From the IMG/VR virus record IMGVR_UViG_3300025450_000015, positions 1 to 64,000 of that record: 64,000 bases of DNA, one strand, 5' to 3'. This document shows positions 18,542 to 28,662 of this stretch, one piece after another; position 1 is the stretch's first letter, and every line of letters begins with the position of its first letter. The position numbers and the translations under genes are program-made. Under the pieces are notes generated by a model. The model had not been told where the DNA came from, did not search any database, and saw only the letters and a list, made by a program, of their open reading frames with translations. The DNA comes from a virus.

Positions 18542-20029
18542 TTATAGAACTAAACATTCTACAAGTTTTGGACCATTATCGGCATTAGATTCTAATGCAA
18601 TAGCAAAAATAAATTGTCCGTCTGCAGGTGCATTGTTGTCAGATTGTCCTGTTCCAGCACTACCTGCTGTGATAAAATCACCTTTATTAACTGGTCCTGA
18701 AATTATAGTTGGCACACGCCCTTTGATTGCAATATAAGTTCCACCTTCTTGCTCTGAATTCATCATATATGCCGGATTAGTACTTACTACTCCAACAGCA
18801 AATGTACCAATTTGGCATTGAGTAACTTCTTTTGTTCCGCCAACCATTACGACAGTCCCTTTAGGATAGTCTCGATCCATTATGTATTTTTCTGCTAAGT
18901 CGGCATAGTTAGCAGAAGTTGCTGTTCCTTGGAAAATGTTTGCAGATAAATTTCCATTTGAATCACGACCAGCAATAGTATTTGCAGAAGCGGTCGTTGT
19001 AGCTGATGCATAACCGTAACTAGCAAGACTTAATAATCCTGCTTGTGTTGCAGTACCAATAAACTGACTAGCATATACATTTAACCATTGATAAGCACTA
19101 CTACCCAAACTGCTAGTTCCTCCAATAACTGGAAGAGCATCAGTTCCTGTTAGTCTAAGTACCGGAGTAACTGTTCCGTTCAATTGTGTTGTTTGGAAGA
19201 AAATATCGTTAGAGCTAGTAAATGTAGGAGCTGTAACGTTTGCAATTAATCCGCTCTGGACTTGAGCAAGTAAACTAGGATTTGAACCAATTGTAAATCC
19301 TGTGCTAAAATTAGCACTGGTTAATGTTGCGTTTGCAGACTGAACAAACGCACTGGTAGGCAATCCATTAAATAAAATTGAATTACTTGCAGTTCCATGG
19401 AATTGATATCCGCCAGTTGTAACACCGTTAGTCGATTGGGTAGTATTAACTAGCGTAATACCTTGTTGTATAGTATCAAATCCAGTAAATCCTGCTGTGT
19501 TACTAGGAATTTGGAATGTTTCATTACTAATAACTGCAACTGTTACACCTTCTGCTTGTACTTGTACGATTGGAATAGTTTTTGTACCAGCTGAATTAGT
19601 TAAACTTGTTGCATTTACTTGAGTAGTTAAACCGCCTACAGTAACTTCTTGTGGTCCGATTAGTACTGAGCTAGATCCGTTATAAACATAAAGTTGATTA
19701 CTTGCTGTATTAAAATAAAAATCGCCAGATGTTAAACCAGCTGGCTGGGTTGTGCCGGTTTCTGCACCATTTGCTGTACGGAAATAGCTTCCGTCCCAGA
19801 ATTTTAATTTTTTATTACCGCTATCATACCAGATTTGACCAGCTAATGGATTTGGCGGTTGGGTTGTATTTGCAAAATTTTCAAGCAACCAAACAAAATT
19901 ATCATTTTGTGCCTGACCGTATCCAGCGTAGTTTTTACCGATTAGGGTAAGATCTGTACTAGTATCAACTGTGCCGTCCGCAACTGTTGCTAATAATACT
20001 CCATTATAGTGATTAATTGTATATGACAT
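18542..20029 (-). CDS. baseplate/tail fibre protein with C-terminal ADLAE-type (G2-like) domain
   Basis: N-terminal LLENFANTxxPxNPxxGQIWYD; C-terminal ANYADLAEKY..GVVSTNPAYMMN..GRVP. Confidence 0.7.
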   Translation of the reverse strand: MSYTINHYNGVLLATVADGTVDTSTDLTLIGKNYAGYGQAQNDNFVWLLENFANTTQPPNPLAGQIWYDSGNKKLKFWDGSYFRTANGAETGTTQPAGLTSGDFYFNTASNQLYVYNGSSSVLIGPQEVTVGGLTTQVNATSLTNSAGTKTIPIVQVQAEGVTVAVISNETFQIPSNTAGFTGFDTIQQGITLVNTTQSTNGVTTGGYQFHGTASNSILFNGLPTSAFVQSANATLTSANFSTGFTIGSNPSLLAQVQSGLIANVTAPTFTSSNDIFFQTTQLNGTVTPVLRLTGTDALPVIGGTSSLGSSAYQWLNVYASQFIGTATQAGLLSLASYGYASATTTASANTIAGRDSNGNLSANIFQGTATSANYADLAEKYIMDRDYPKGTVVMVGGTKEVTQCQIGTFAVGVVSTNPAYMMNSEQEGGTYIAIKGRVPTIISGPVNKGDFITAGSAGTGQSDNNAPADGQFIFAIALESNADNGPKLVECLVL

Positions 20030-20055
20030 GGTTGTCGCTCATCCTTATTTCAGTA

Positions 20056-20063
20056 TATTTATC
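20056..20063 (-). promoter_or_regulatory. late-promoter-like GATAAATA
   Basis: intergenic, upstream of ATG 20029; same motif recurs before other structural genes. Confidence 0.55.
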
Positions 20064-20073
20064 ATAGTTTTGC

Positions 20074-21465
20074 TTACCAACCAGATGTTGTTAAAGCCGC
20101 TCTACCCCATGTAGCATTTCCGGTAGTTCCACCGCTTACACATACATAGATATAACTAGAATCCCATGCAATCTGCCCTGTTGTACCTGCCGCTGAATGA
20201 CTTGCAGGAGTTGATGTTGCAGTTGCAATGAAATTAGTTGCTATGACACTTGAACTGGAATGTATTATTCCGCCCACATCTAATGGATATTGAGGTCTAC
20301 TAGACGATGTAAATCCGTTGATACCAATATTACCAGTATTAGAACTTATAAAAAGTGCCGAACTATTAGAACTTACCGGTAAAGAAATTTCAAAATCCTG
20401 AGATGAAATATTAGATTGTATTAAAAATTGTGTAGAATTAACATTGATTTGCGATTGGTTTGCTGTTCCTAATGTTAAAGGTATAGCATTGTTAATCTGT
20501 AAAGATCCGCTTGTTGTATTTTGATAAGTGTCGGTTGATAAGAATTGTTCAGCTGATTTTAAAGATCCGTTGGCCGCAAGTAGTTTGCTGGCTTGACTTG
20601 TTGGAACATTAAAACTAATTCCTGCCCAAGTACTAACATTAAACCCAACATTGATTGTACCTTGAATTGCATTTAAAGTTGTAGGATTTCCGCTAGTTGC
20701 AACAGTTTGGCTTACACTGACACTATATGTTCCAACTCCGCCTTGTGCTACTCCGGCACCGCCTGGCCCTGTACCATATGCAGTAATAACTGTATTAGAA
20801 GCAATAGTGTTAATGCCTGGAGTTGTTATTGATTGTCCAACGCTGAGTGTTCCAGAAGTTACACCAGTCACTGTTAATGTATTGCCAACAATATATCCTT
20901 GAAATACTGCTGTACTTGTGTATCCGCTTATACTGCTAGAAGGACTAGGTGTAAATGAATCTTTAGAAAAGACACCCATCAATGTACTACCAACATATAA
21001 CAATACGATTACGTGAGATACTCCGTTTACATCTGTTACAGTTTCAACTACAAATCCCGAAGGACCTTGTTTTTTAGTATAAATTGGTCCAGCTAAATTA
21101 TTTGCAGTACCATCATTAAAATATAATTGACTAGTTGCTGTATTAATCCAGAAACCGCCTGTACTTAATCCGCTAGGAGCAGTATCGCCTAAGAGTGTAT
21201 TACCAGTTGGGGCAAATGTTGTTCCATTCCAAACTTTTAAAATATTTGCACTGGTATCGTACCATAGCTGACCTATAATTGGATAATTAGGTTGACTTGT
21301 ATTTGCAAAATTTTCTAACAACTGTACAAAATTTTCGTTGATGTACTGTCCATAACTAGTAGCGTTTTGTCCGATTAAAGTTAATGATGTATGACTTTGA
21401 TCGATTGCACCGTTAGAAACTGCTGTTAATTTATTGCCATTTGTTAGATAAATTGAATAGGTCAT
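20074..21465 (-). CDS. baseplate/tail fibre protein
   Basis: same N-terminal LLENFAN..GQLWYD domain; C-terminal GTTGQIAWDSSYIYVCV..WGRAAL fibre-tip motif. Confidence 0.7.
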   Translation of the reverse strand: MTYSIYLTNGNKLTAVSNGAIDQSHTSLTLIGQNATSYGQYINENFVQLLENFANTSQPNYPIIGQLWYDTSANILKVWNGTTFAPTGNTLLGDTAPSGLSTGGFWINTATSQLYFNDGTANNLAGPIYTKKQGPSGFVVETVTDVNGVSHVIVLLYVGSTLMGVFSKDSFTPSPSSSISGYTSTAVFQGYIVGNTLTVTGVTSGTLSVGQSITTPGINTIASNTVITAYGTGPGGAGVAQGGVGTYSVSVSQTVATSGNPTTLNAIQGTINVGFNVSTWAGISFNVPTSQASKLLAANGSLKSAEQFLSTDTYQNTTSGSLQINNAIPLTLGTANQSQINVNSTQFLIQSNISSQDFEISLPVSSNSSALFISSNTGNIGINGFTSSSRPQYPLDVGGIIHSSSSVIATNFIATATSTPASHSAAGTTGQIAWDSSYIYVCVSGGTTGNATWGRAALTTSGW

Positions 21466-23744
21466 GATAAGTTAGCACCAGTAAAGATAAGATAGTTAAT
21501 AGTCAAGTAAGGATTCATCACATTAAATCCTGTTCCTATATTAGATACTGTACTTGTTCCATCCGAAGAAACAGATCCTACTGTAATACCAGTAGTAGAA
21601 GAACTTGTAAAGAAACGAGTTTGGTCGCTGTCTGTTGACCCTGAACCGGCCGCACCGTATGATCCAGGTACTGCATTAAAAGGTACTCCGCCCTCGGCAT
21701 ATGGATCAATGTGTGAGTGTCCAGTTTGCCCTGGATTATTAGGATCACTAGGTTCGACAACTACGTGTTGGTGCTGTGGTAAGTTTGATATACCCAATGT
21801 TACATTTTGCCCGCCGTTTGTTCCGCCTTCTGTTTGAGCAGAACTTGCAGTTACGTTTTGAGAATTGCCTGCTTGACCGCCTGTAGCTATTGGACCAGGT
21901 GGAGTAAACCCTGCGACTTCCTGATAGTTATTCATTGTGCTTCTTCCTAACGGAAATCTAGCACGTAGGTCTGGTAATACAAACGCATTTGGATTTTGTG
22001 CAGTACCATATGTACTACCAATCACTTTATAAAGAGCAGAATATGTAACTGTGCTTACTTCTGATCCATCGCATAACAACCAACCAACTGGTATAGCATG
22101 AATAGAAGATTTGCCTGCCCAAGGAATAATTCCTCCAACAGGCATACCATAAGCACTGGTATTTAATAAAGGATCAATTTGTAAAAATGTTTGTTTAGAC
22201 ATATTTACAAGACTACCGCTACCTGCACTACCTTGGAAAACTAAGAACTGATCGGATTTACTACTTGATTGAGCTACAGTCCTAGCAGTACCATTACTGT
22301 TAGTCGTAACAACTGACGGACTCAATGAGGTATTAAGTACAGCATACCCTGAAGCACTAGATCCATTGAACCCTGTTCCATTGTCTGCACTAACGACATC
22401 TCCTGCCAATTGGAATGTAATAGTTTGTGTAAGACTACTTGCTGTTCCTGTGACACTACCAGTAACTGTTCCTGTAAAATTTCCATTAAAACTTCCCACA
22501 AATGACTGGGCGTACATGTTTCTGAATGGCTGTGTTTGACTTCCAATATCGTATTGTGGTGTAGAGTTTACCAGTACTGGAGGTAATATTATTGCGCCAG
22601 CAGTAGTATTTGATGTAATCTGTAATGCACCGCCTAAATTTAAATTATTGTTAATTGTTGTTGCTAAATTTGTTGTTATTGCTGTCGAAGATACTGAAAA
22701 TATACTTGCATTGCTTGAATTATTAACAACAATACCACCGGTTGTACCAGTTGTACCTGATGTAATTATACCACTGACTGTTGTCGGAGCACCTAATGCA
22801 ACTTTACCAGATACATCAAGATGTAATAAATTATTTCCATTTAACAAAAAATCAATATTGTTTGTACTGGTCTTACTATTAAATAGGAATGTGTTGTTGC
22901 CTTGGCCAATAGTTAAACTTAAATCAGTTCCAATACTAAGACCATTTGTATTTCTAATGTTGAAAGCATTATTTGTGGTACTTACAACATCCGATCTTAA
23001 AAAATTACTACCTTGTACAACTGATTGTGACGACCCCGAACCAACAATAAGTGCATTTGAAGACTGAGCTATACCCCAAACATAGGCTACGCCTTTATCT
23101 AATGAGTTACTGTATAAGTTTACACCAATATTAATAGTTGAAAAGCCGGCAATCGTAGCTTTAGGAGTAAAGGAATCAATACTAATAATTGCTACACGAT
23201 ATGCAACATTATTTGTAGCACTTGAAGCATATAATGAAATTACGCTATGTGATATGTTACTTGTATCAACAATAGATTCTACTAAAGGTCCTGTACTTGC
23301 ACCTGCACTAAACTGTGGACCTATTAGCAACCATGTGGTTCCTGAAAACAAATACAACTGACTATTGTCGGTATCGACCCATAGGTCACCTTGATTACTA
23401 TTTGTAACATCAGGAACACCGCCCGTGCTAGCTAATGTGCCTTTACCTTCACGTCTAATAGCACCAGCTTCCGGCCAGTTGCCTGCACCGTCATAAACTC
23501 TAAGTACGTTATTGCCAGATGCAGTATCATACCATAATTGTCCTTGAACAGGATTGCTAGGAGGACTTGAATAAGCAAAATTTTCTAATAAATGTAATAA
23601 ATTTCCAGCAATTAACGAACCATATCCTGCATATCCTTGACCGGGAAATGCAAGACTAGTTTGCTGATTAACCGTACCATCGGCAACTGTAATAGCTGGT
23701 TTTGCTGGATTAGCAGAATCTGTAAATGCAACTGAATATGTCAT
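21462..23744 (-). CDS. tail fibre protein with tail-collar domain (gp12-like)
   Basis: MPVGGIIPWAG..PVGWLLCDG..LYKVIGSTYG..FVLPDLRARFPLG, NLPQHQH, MNPYLTINYLI. Confidence 0.82.
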   Translation of the reverse strand: MTYSVAFTDSANPAKPAITVADGTVNQQTSLAFPGQGYAGYGSLIAGNLLHLLENFAYSSPPSNPVQGQLWYDTASGNNVLRVYDGAGNWPEAGAIRREGKGTLASTGGVPDVTNSNQGDLWVDTDNSQLYLFSGTTWLLIGPQFSAGASTGPLVESIVDTSNISHSVISLYASSATNNVAYRVAIISIDSFTPKATIAGFSTINIGVNLYSNSLDKGVAYVWGIAQSSNALIVGSGSSQSVVQGSNFLRSDVVSTTNNAFNIRNTNGLSIGTDLSLTIGQGNNTFLFNSKTSTNNIDFLLNGNNLLHLDVSGKVALGAPTTVSGIITSGTTGTTGGIVVNNSSNASIFSVSSTAITTNLATTINNNLNLGGALQITSNTTAGAIILPPVLVNSTPQYDIGSQTQPFRNMYAQSFVGSFNGNFTGTVTGSVTGTASSLTQTITFQLAGDVVSADNGTGFNGSSASGYAVLNTSLSPSVVTTNSNGTARTVAQSSSKSDQFLVFQGSAGSGSLVNMSKQTFLQIDPLLNTSAYGMPVGGIIPWAGKSSIHAIPVGWLLCDGSEVSTVTYSALYKVIGSTYGTAQNPNAFVLPDLRARFPLGRSTMNNYQEVAGFTPPGPIATGGQAGNSQNVTASSAQTEGGTNGGQNVTLGISNLPQHQHVVVEPSDPNNPGQTGHSHIDPYAEGGVPFNAVPGSYGAAGSGSTDSDQTRFFTSSSTTGITVGSVSSDGTSTVSNIGTGFNVMNPYLTINYLIFTGANLS

Positions 23745-23747
23745 CTA

Positions 23748-24359
23748 TTATACTCCTACTAGGCCAGTTAAACTTTGGATACGTACAGTATAATCGATTT
23801 GAATTAATCTGTTAAGACTTTTTAAAACTGGATGAAATATAACATGAGTTAGTAGTAAACTATTTCCGCTTGCACTATAACTTTGTAATCCTAATTCATC
23901 GAACACATACGTTGTTTCGCCTGTTGAAGAAGTATCGTATGCACTTTGTCCGCCGGGCTCACCGTAATCCAGTAAACAAGTACAGAAAATATCTGTGTAG
24001 TTAACACCGGTCACATGGCGAACTTCAGTAAAGTTGCGAGTTGGATCGGTATTTGTGCTAGCAGTTGGGTCGATTACTTTTTTATATGTTTGATTGTACA
24101 AGCTGGCATTTGTTCCGCTGGTATTAGGTGTAAGATATGTAATAATTCCTGTAGGATCAATACTGGTTCCACCGTTACCAAAATTCATCTGGTAGATATA
24201 TCCGCCATCTGTATTGTTTGACAAACTGGCAGCCAGGGCGTAACTTATGTTTTCATAATGAATAGCGTTACGTTTATTAACGAAAATTTCTTTGGAAACT
24301 GGGTCAAATATTTTAATATGACCTTCCACATGAATTCCTGTTTGATCTTTAGTCTGCAT
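23748..24359 (-). CDS. baseplate structural protein
   Basis: FGNGGT, LDYGEP, FDELGL, HVIFHPVLKSLNR; located in the baseplate block. Confidence 0.65.
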   Translation of the reverse strand: MQTKDQTGIHVEGHIKIFDPVSKEIFVNKRNAIHYENISYALAASLSNNTDGGYIYQMNFGNGGTSIDPTGIITYLTPNTSGTNASLYNQTYKKVIDPTASTNTDPTRNFTEVRHVTGVNYTDIFCTCLLDYGEPGGQSAYDTSSTGETTYVFDELGLQSYSASGNSLLLTHVIFHPVLKSLNRLIQIDYTVRIQSLTGLVGV

Positions 24360-24379
24360 AGTTGTCTCTCTTAGTCTTA

Positions 24380-24387
24380 TATTTATC
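24380..24387 (-). promoter_or_regulatory. late-promoter-like GATAAATA
   Basis: intergenic, 21 nt upstream of ATG 24359. Confidence 0.55.
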
Positions 24388-24410
24388 AATATTTTAATAT
24401 GCTAGTTTAA

Positions 24411-25985
24411 TTATCTAACACCTGTTGTTTTTCTTGGATATGACGGTCCTGATGTAGGTCTAAAACCATAATTTTGTTTTGGAAAAGTACTTCCTGTATG
24501 GAAGTATTTGTATATCTGATCAACTTTTGGAGTACCAAGACCTGTAACCGCATCCCAGCCTGTAGTTGTAGTATAGCCCGTAGTATAGCCGTCTCTATTA
24601 TCACCGCTAGTAATATCGTTAAACAATAATGCTCTGTTTGAATACCATGTGGACATATTGAATGGAATACGCTGTCCTAATTGTTGATTTAATCTAGCCC
24701 AAATACCCGCCAATAAAGGCGCCGCGGCGCTGGTTCCGCCTACTTGATTTAGCACACCATTTACGTAGTACGCATATCCCGTGTTAGGATCAGCAGGAGC
24801 ACTTATATCTGGAACACCCCGATAAGGTAGTGCAGTTGGTGAACCTGTCGATGATGCTGTAATAGTAGTTGTTGTTAGTCCTGATTGCCAGCTAGGGAGA
24901 GGAACACTAGCACTAACGCCGCCGCCAGATCCGCTCCAAGCTGTTTCACTAGTAATTTGAGCACTACCGTTTAGATTAATTGAAGTTCCGCCGGCCGATA
25001 CCATATATGGACTACAACATGTAGCGGCTGTACTTAGATTAACTGCACCGTTATCGCCTGAGCTTATAAAAACTGTTATACCCTTAACTACACAAGACTG
25101 AAGTGCTGTATCATATTGTGTTCCATCACCGATGCCCCAACTCACATCAAGGGCAGTTGGATTATTTGTAGTGTCTGCGGCTACTGCTAGAAAAATATCA
25201 TTAATAGGTGCGGTTCCAGTATTGGGTGCGGTATAGTATGCAATCAATGCCTTTGGTGCTACACCACCTGCACAAAATATATCTAGCATACTTTCCAAAT
25301 CACTAGTTGTGCTGGCAGTAGCACCGTCGACACTTATTTGTACTATAGTTGGAGCTGAAAGTCCAATCCTACTAAAACTACTATTAACATCAGTTTGGTT
25401 GTATCCTGTTACGTATCCGCTATAGGTTAATTCAAAAATTCCAACACATCCGCCGTAGCCATTAGACGGAGGCATATTATAAGCTATGGACATTTGTACA
25501 GGAGTTACTGCTGTCAAAGGATTTGCTACACTAGCTTCACAAACTACCGCATGTTTCTTTGCAATAAAACTTTCATCAAACCCTAGTACCTGTTCAACCA
25601 TACTGGAAATATCTGCAGGTACTATTACTGGACTGTCGTGTGATGTATATGTTCTACCAGTATCATCGGTAACATCCAAAAGTGTTATATTAAAAATATT
25701 ATTAAAATTTTCAACAGTTCCAAAAACTCTAATTAATCCTTTAACTCTGCTAGCTTCTACTATTTTAAATCCTATGTCTTGGAAAAAATCATTCACTTCT
25801 ATAGTATTAGATTCTGTTGATCCGAACTGATACACATACTCATCGTGATCCAAAATTGGGTGAGTACCGTCAATTACAGCATCTGCATATTCTTTCAAAG
25901 TCATCCCATTATCGTGCGTATCCCTATGCAGGTACACACTGATTGTCATTGTATCTGAAAGATTTTTTAATCTACTAAACGTCAT
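24411..25985 (-). CDS. S53 family serine-carboxyl peptidase (sedolisin/kumamolisin-like) with prodomain
   Basis: prodomain (GTVENFNNIF); ESMLD (Glu/Asp), SSGDNG (oxyanion Asp), GVPDISA, GGTSAAAP (Ser), GWDAVTGLGTP Ca site. Confidence 0.9.
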   Translation of the reverse strand: MTFSRLKNLSDTMTISVYLHRDTHDNGMTLKEYADAVIDGTHPILDHDEYVYQFGSTESNTIEVNDFFQDIGFKIVEASRVKGLIRVFGTVENFNNIFNITLLDVTDDTGRTYTSHDSPVIVPADISSMVEQVLGFDESFIAKKHAVVCEASVANPLTAVTPVQMSIAYNMPPSNGYGGCVGIFELTYSGYVTGYNQTDVNSSFSRIGLSAPTIVQISVDGATASTTSDLESMLDIFCAGGVAPKALIAYYTAPNTGTAPINDIFLAVAADTTNNPTALDVSWGIGDGTQYDTALQSCVVKGITVFISSGDNGAVNLSTAATCCSPYMVSAGGTSINLNGSAQITSETAWSGSGGGVSASVPLPSWQSGLTTTTITASSTGSPTALPYRGVPDISAPADPNTGYAYYVNGVLNQVGGTSAAAPLLAGIWARLNQQLGQRIPFNMSTWYSNRALLFNDITSGDNRDGYTTGYTTTTGWDAVTGLGTPKVDQIYKYFHTGSTFPKQNYGFRPTSGPSYPRKTTGVR

Positions 25986-25986
25986 A

Positions 25987-28659
25987 TTATACTTCCAACT
26001 TCAGATATGAGATTGTAACTGTTAGGTTAGATTGTGAAATACTGCTATTGTTGTATATTTTCAAATACATATTTGTGCTAGGAGTTGCATCACCATTGAA
26101 TCCTATGACTGCTGGTGTGAAATAAACAGTACCGCTTACAGTACCAGTAGTTATTGCTTCGGCGATAACTCCTGATCCTGGAGTAGGATCTGTAGTAATA
26201 CTTCTACTGCTGTCGTTTGATTGTGCTGTAGTAGTTGTATAAACAGTTACCCATGCACCCGCTGAACATGTTATACTATACAATGCATATCCTTTAGCTG
26301 CCGTTACAGTTGTAGTTGTGCTTGCACCAGATGTTAAGTTTACGCTTGTGCTAACTGTAGCTCTACTACTTAATGTTCCAGCAGATACGTTTGCTGTAAT
26401 TATTCCGCCACTAATTGTAATAGTGGACCCGTCAACTTTGACTGCACCTAGCTGTGTTGTTGAAGCCGTAGGAACTGAAATTGTTCCTCCGCTAACTGTA
26501 ATTGTAGTTCCATCTGGTTTAACAATACCTGCCGCGCCAGTTGTTGCTAAAGTTCCGCCTGAACTGCTAATCACTCCGCCACTGATTGTAATTGTAGAAC
26601 CGTCAACTTTTACGCCACCCAGTACACTTGTTGTTGCAGTTGGCAATGAATAAGAACTATTTGCACTAATTACTCCGCCACTGATTGTAATTGTAGAACC
26701 GTCAACTTTTACGCCGCCCAGTACACTTGTTGTTGCAGTCGGCAATGAATAAGTTTGAGCTGTAATAACTCCACTACCGTTAATTGTAATTGTTGATCCG
26801 TCTACTTTGACTCCGCCCAATGTTCCGCCACTAGTTGTACCTGCTATTGGGAGAGTATATCCGCTACCTCCTGCGGCACTGATAACTCCTCCTAAGATTG
26901 TAATTGTCGATCCGTCAACTTTTACGCCACCTAATTGTGTAGTAGATGCAACTGCTAAACTAATTGATCCGCCAGTATTATTAATACCGCTTGAACTAAC
27001 TGGTTGTATACTTACACCGCCAAGTGTACTTGTACCGGCAGCTGGCAATGAATAGCCGCTACCAGATGCTGATATAACTCCATTACTAATAGTAATAGTG
27101 CTTCCGTCCACTTTAACTCCACCCAACGTATTTGTACTTGCTGTGGGCAATGTATAAGTTGCTGACATTAGTCCGCTAATACCATTGACAGTGATAGTCG
27201 TTCCATCAGGTTTAACACCGCCTAACACACTAGTTGTAGCTATCGGTAATGCGTAAGTTGAACTAATAACACCATTACTAATAGTAATAGTAGATCCATC
27301 TACCTTAACTCCACCCAGCGTATTTGTACTTGCTGTAGGCAATGTATAACCACCAGAACCTCCAGTAGAACTAATAACTCCGTTAGTTATAATAATTGTA
27401 CTTCCGTCTACCTTAACTCCGCCCAATACACTTGTAGTTGCTGTTGGTAACGTATAATTATTACTTGGTGTTGCACTAATGACTCCGTTACTAATTGTAA
27501 TCGTTGACCCATCTATTTTAACTCCGCCTAATACACTTGTAGTTGCTGTTGGAAGTGCATATTGTGTACTGCTAATAACTCCATTGTTTATTGTTATTGT
27601 AGATCCATCTATTTTAACTCCGCCAAGTATACTTGTAGTTGCAGTAGGTAGACTGTATTGTTGAGCACTAATAACTCCGCCTACACTAGTGATAGTAGAT
27701 CCATCAATCTTAACTCCGCCTAATTGCGTTGTAGTTGCTGTTGCTAAAGTTATTGTTCCGCTTGAATTGTTTAATCCGCTAGTAGTAACCGTAGGAATTA
27801 TTACACCACCCAAATTGCTAGTAGTAGCCGATGGCAATGAATAATTGATTGCACTACTAATAACACCATTGCTAATCGTAATAGTGCTTCCGTCTACTTT
27901 AACTCCGCCAAGTATACTTGTAGTTGCTATTGGTAATGAATAATTTGAACTAATAACACCGAGGCCACTGATTGTAATAGTAGATCCATCTACCTTAACT
28001 CCGCCCAAAGTACCAGTACTTGCTGTTGGAAGTGTATATCCGCTACCGCCTGCACCTGTTGCACTAATTACTCCGTTACTGATTACAATAGTGGATCCGT
28101 CAACTTTGACACCGCCCAGTACGGAATTAGTAGCAACTGGTAAAGTATAGCTACTGGCTGTTGAGCTTATTACACCATTGTTAATTGTTATGGTTGTACC
28201 GTCAACTTTAACACCGCCAAGTATTGCTGTAGTAGCAGTTGGCAATGAGTATTGAGTAGTAGTTAATTGGTTTGAACCGTTTAGAGTTATTGTTGTACCG
28301 TCAATTTTAACACCGCCAAGTATACTTGTAGTTGCAGTAGGTAGACTGTATTGACTAGTACTTGCTTTAATAATTCCGTTGGTAATAGTAATTGTTGTAC
28401 CGTCAACTTTAACGCCGCCCAACTGCGTTGTAGATGCTATGGCTAAACTAATTGCTCCGCTAGAATTTATTAGTCCGCTGGCAGCGGTAGCAGGAATAGT
28501 TACTCCTCCTAATATTGATGTTGTTGCTGTAGGCAATACATAAGATGGCTTATTATACAATTCTGTAAAATTAGCATTAATTTTTATGCCGGCTGTACGT
28601 AATGTGTCTCCCGTACCTGAATTAACAGCCGTTCCTGTGTTGATTAATTGTTGTGCCAT
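25987..28659 (-). CDS. repeat-rich fibre protein with T4 gp9/gp10-like N-terminal attachment motif
   Basis: N-terminal INTGTAVNSGTGDTLRTAGIKINANFTELY; ~22 copies of YxLPxATTSxLGGVKVDGSTITIxxGVIS. Confidence 0.75.
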   Translation of the reverse strand: MAQQLINTGTAVNSGTGDTLRTAGIKINANFTELYNKPSYVLPTATTSILGGVTIPATAASGLINSSGAISLAIASTTQLGGVKVDGTTITITNGIIKASTSQYSLPTATTSILGGVKIDGTTITLNGSNQLTTTQYSLPTATTAILGGVKVDGTTITINNGVISSTASSYTLPVATNSVLGGVKVDGSTIVISNGVISATGAGGSGYTLPTASTGTLGGVKVDGSTITISGLGVISSNYSLPIATTSILGGVKVDGSTITISNGVISSAINYSLPSATTSNLGGVIIPTVTTSGLNNSSGTITLATATTTQLGGVKIDGSTITSVGGVISAQQYSLPTATTSILGGVKIDGSTITINNGVISSTQYALPTATTSVLGGVKIDGSTITISNGVISATPSNNYTLPTATTSVLGGVKVDGSTIIITNGVISSTGGSGGYTLPTASTNTLGGVKVDGSTITISNGVISSTYALPIATTSVLGGVKPDGTTITVNGISGLMSATYTLPTASTNTLGGVKVDGSTITISNGVISASGSGYSLPAAGTSTLGGVSIQPVSSSGINNTGGSISLAVASTTQLGGVKVDGSTITILGGVISAAGGSGYTLPIAGTTSGGTLGGVKVDGSTITINGSGVITAQTYSLPTATTSVLGGVKVDGSTITISGGVISANSSYSLPTATTSVLGGVKVDGSTITISGGVISSSGGTLATTGAAGIVKPDGTTITVSGGTISVPTASTTQLGAVKVDGSTITISGGIITANVSAGTLSSRATVSTSVNLTSGASTTTTVTAAKGYALYSITCSAGAWVTVYTTTTAQSNDSSRSITTDPTPGSGVIAEAITTGTVSGTVYFTPAVIGFNGDATPSTNMYLKIYNNSSISQSNLTVTISYLKLEV
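26390..28545 (-). repeat. coding tandem repeat, ~30-36 aa unit, ~22 copies
   Basis: counted LGGV-type cores in the translation; near-identical 82-nt DNA copies at 26573-26654 and 26672-26753. Confidence 0.9.
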
Positions 28660-28662
28660 CTT

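Noticed and set aside
14586-23744. Diversity-generating retroelement or invertible fibre cassette
   Set aside because: No reverse transcriptase or recombinase in the window, and no adenine-specific TR/VR pair seen; similarities are ordinary paralogy.
26390-28545. CRISPR-like or non-coding repeat array
   Set aside because: Repeats are in-frame, vary at synonymous positions and have no unique spacers; this is a protein repeat.
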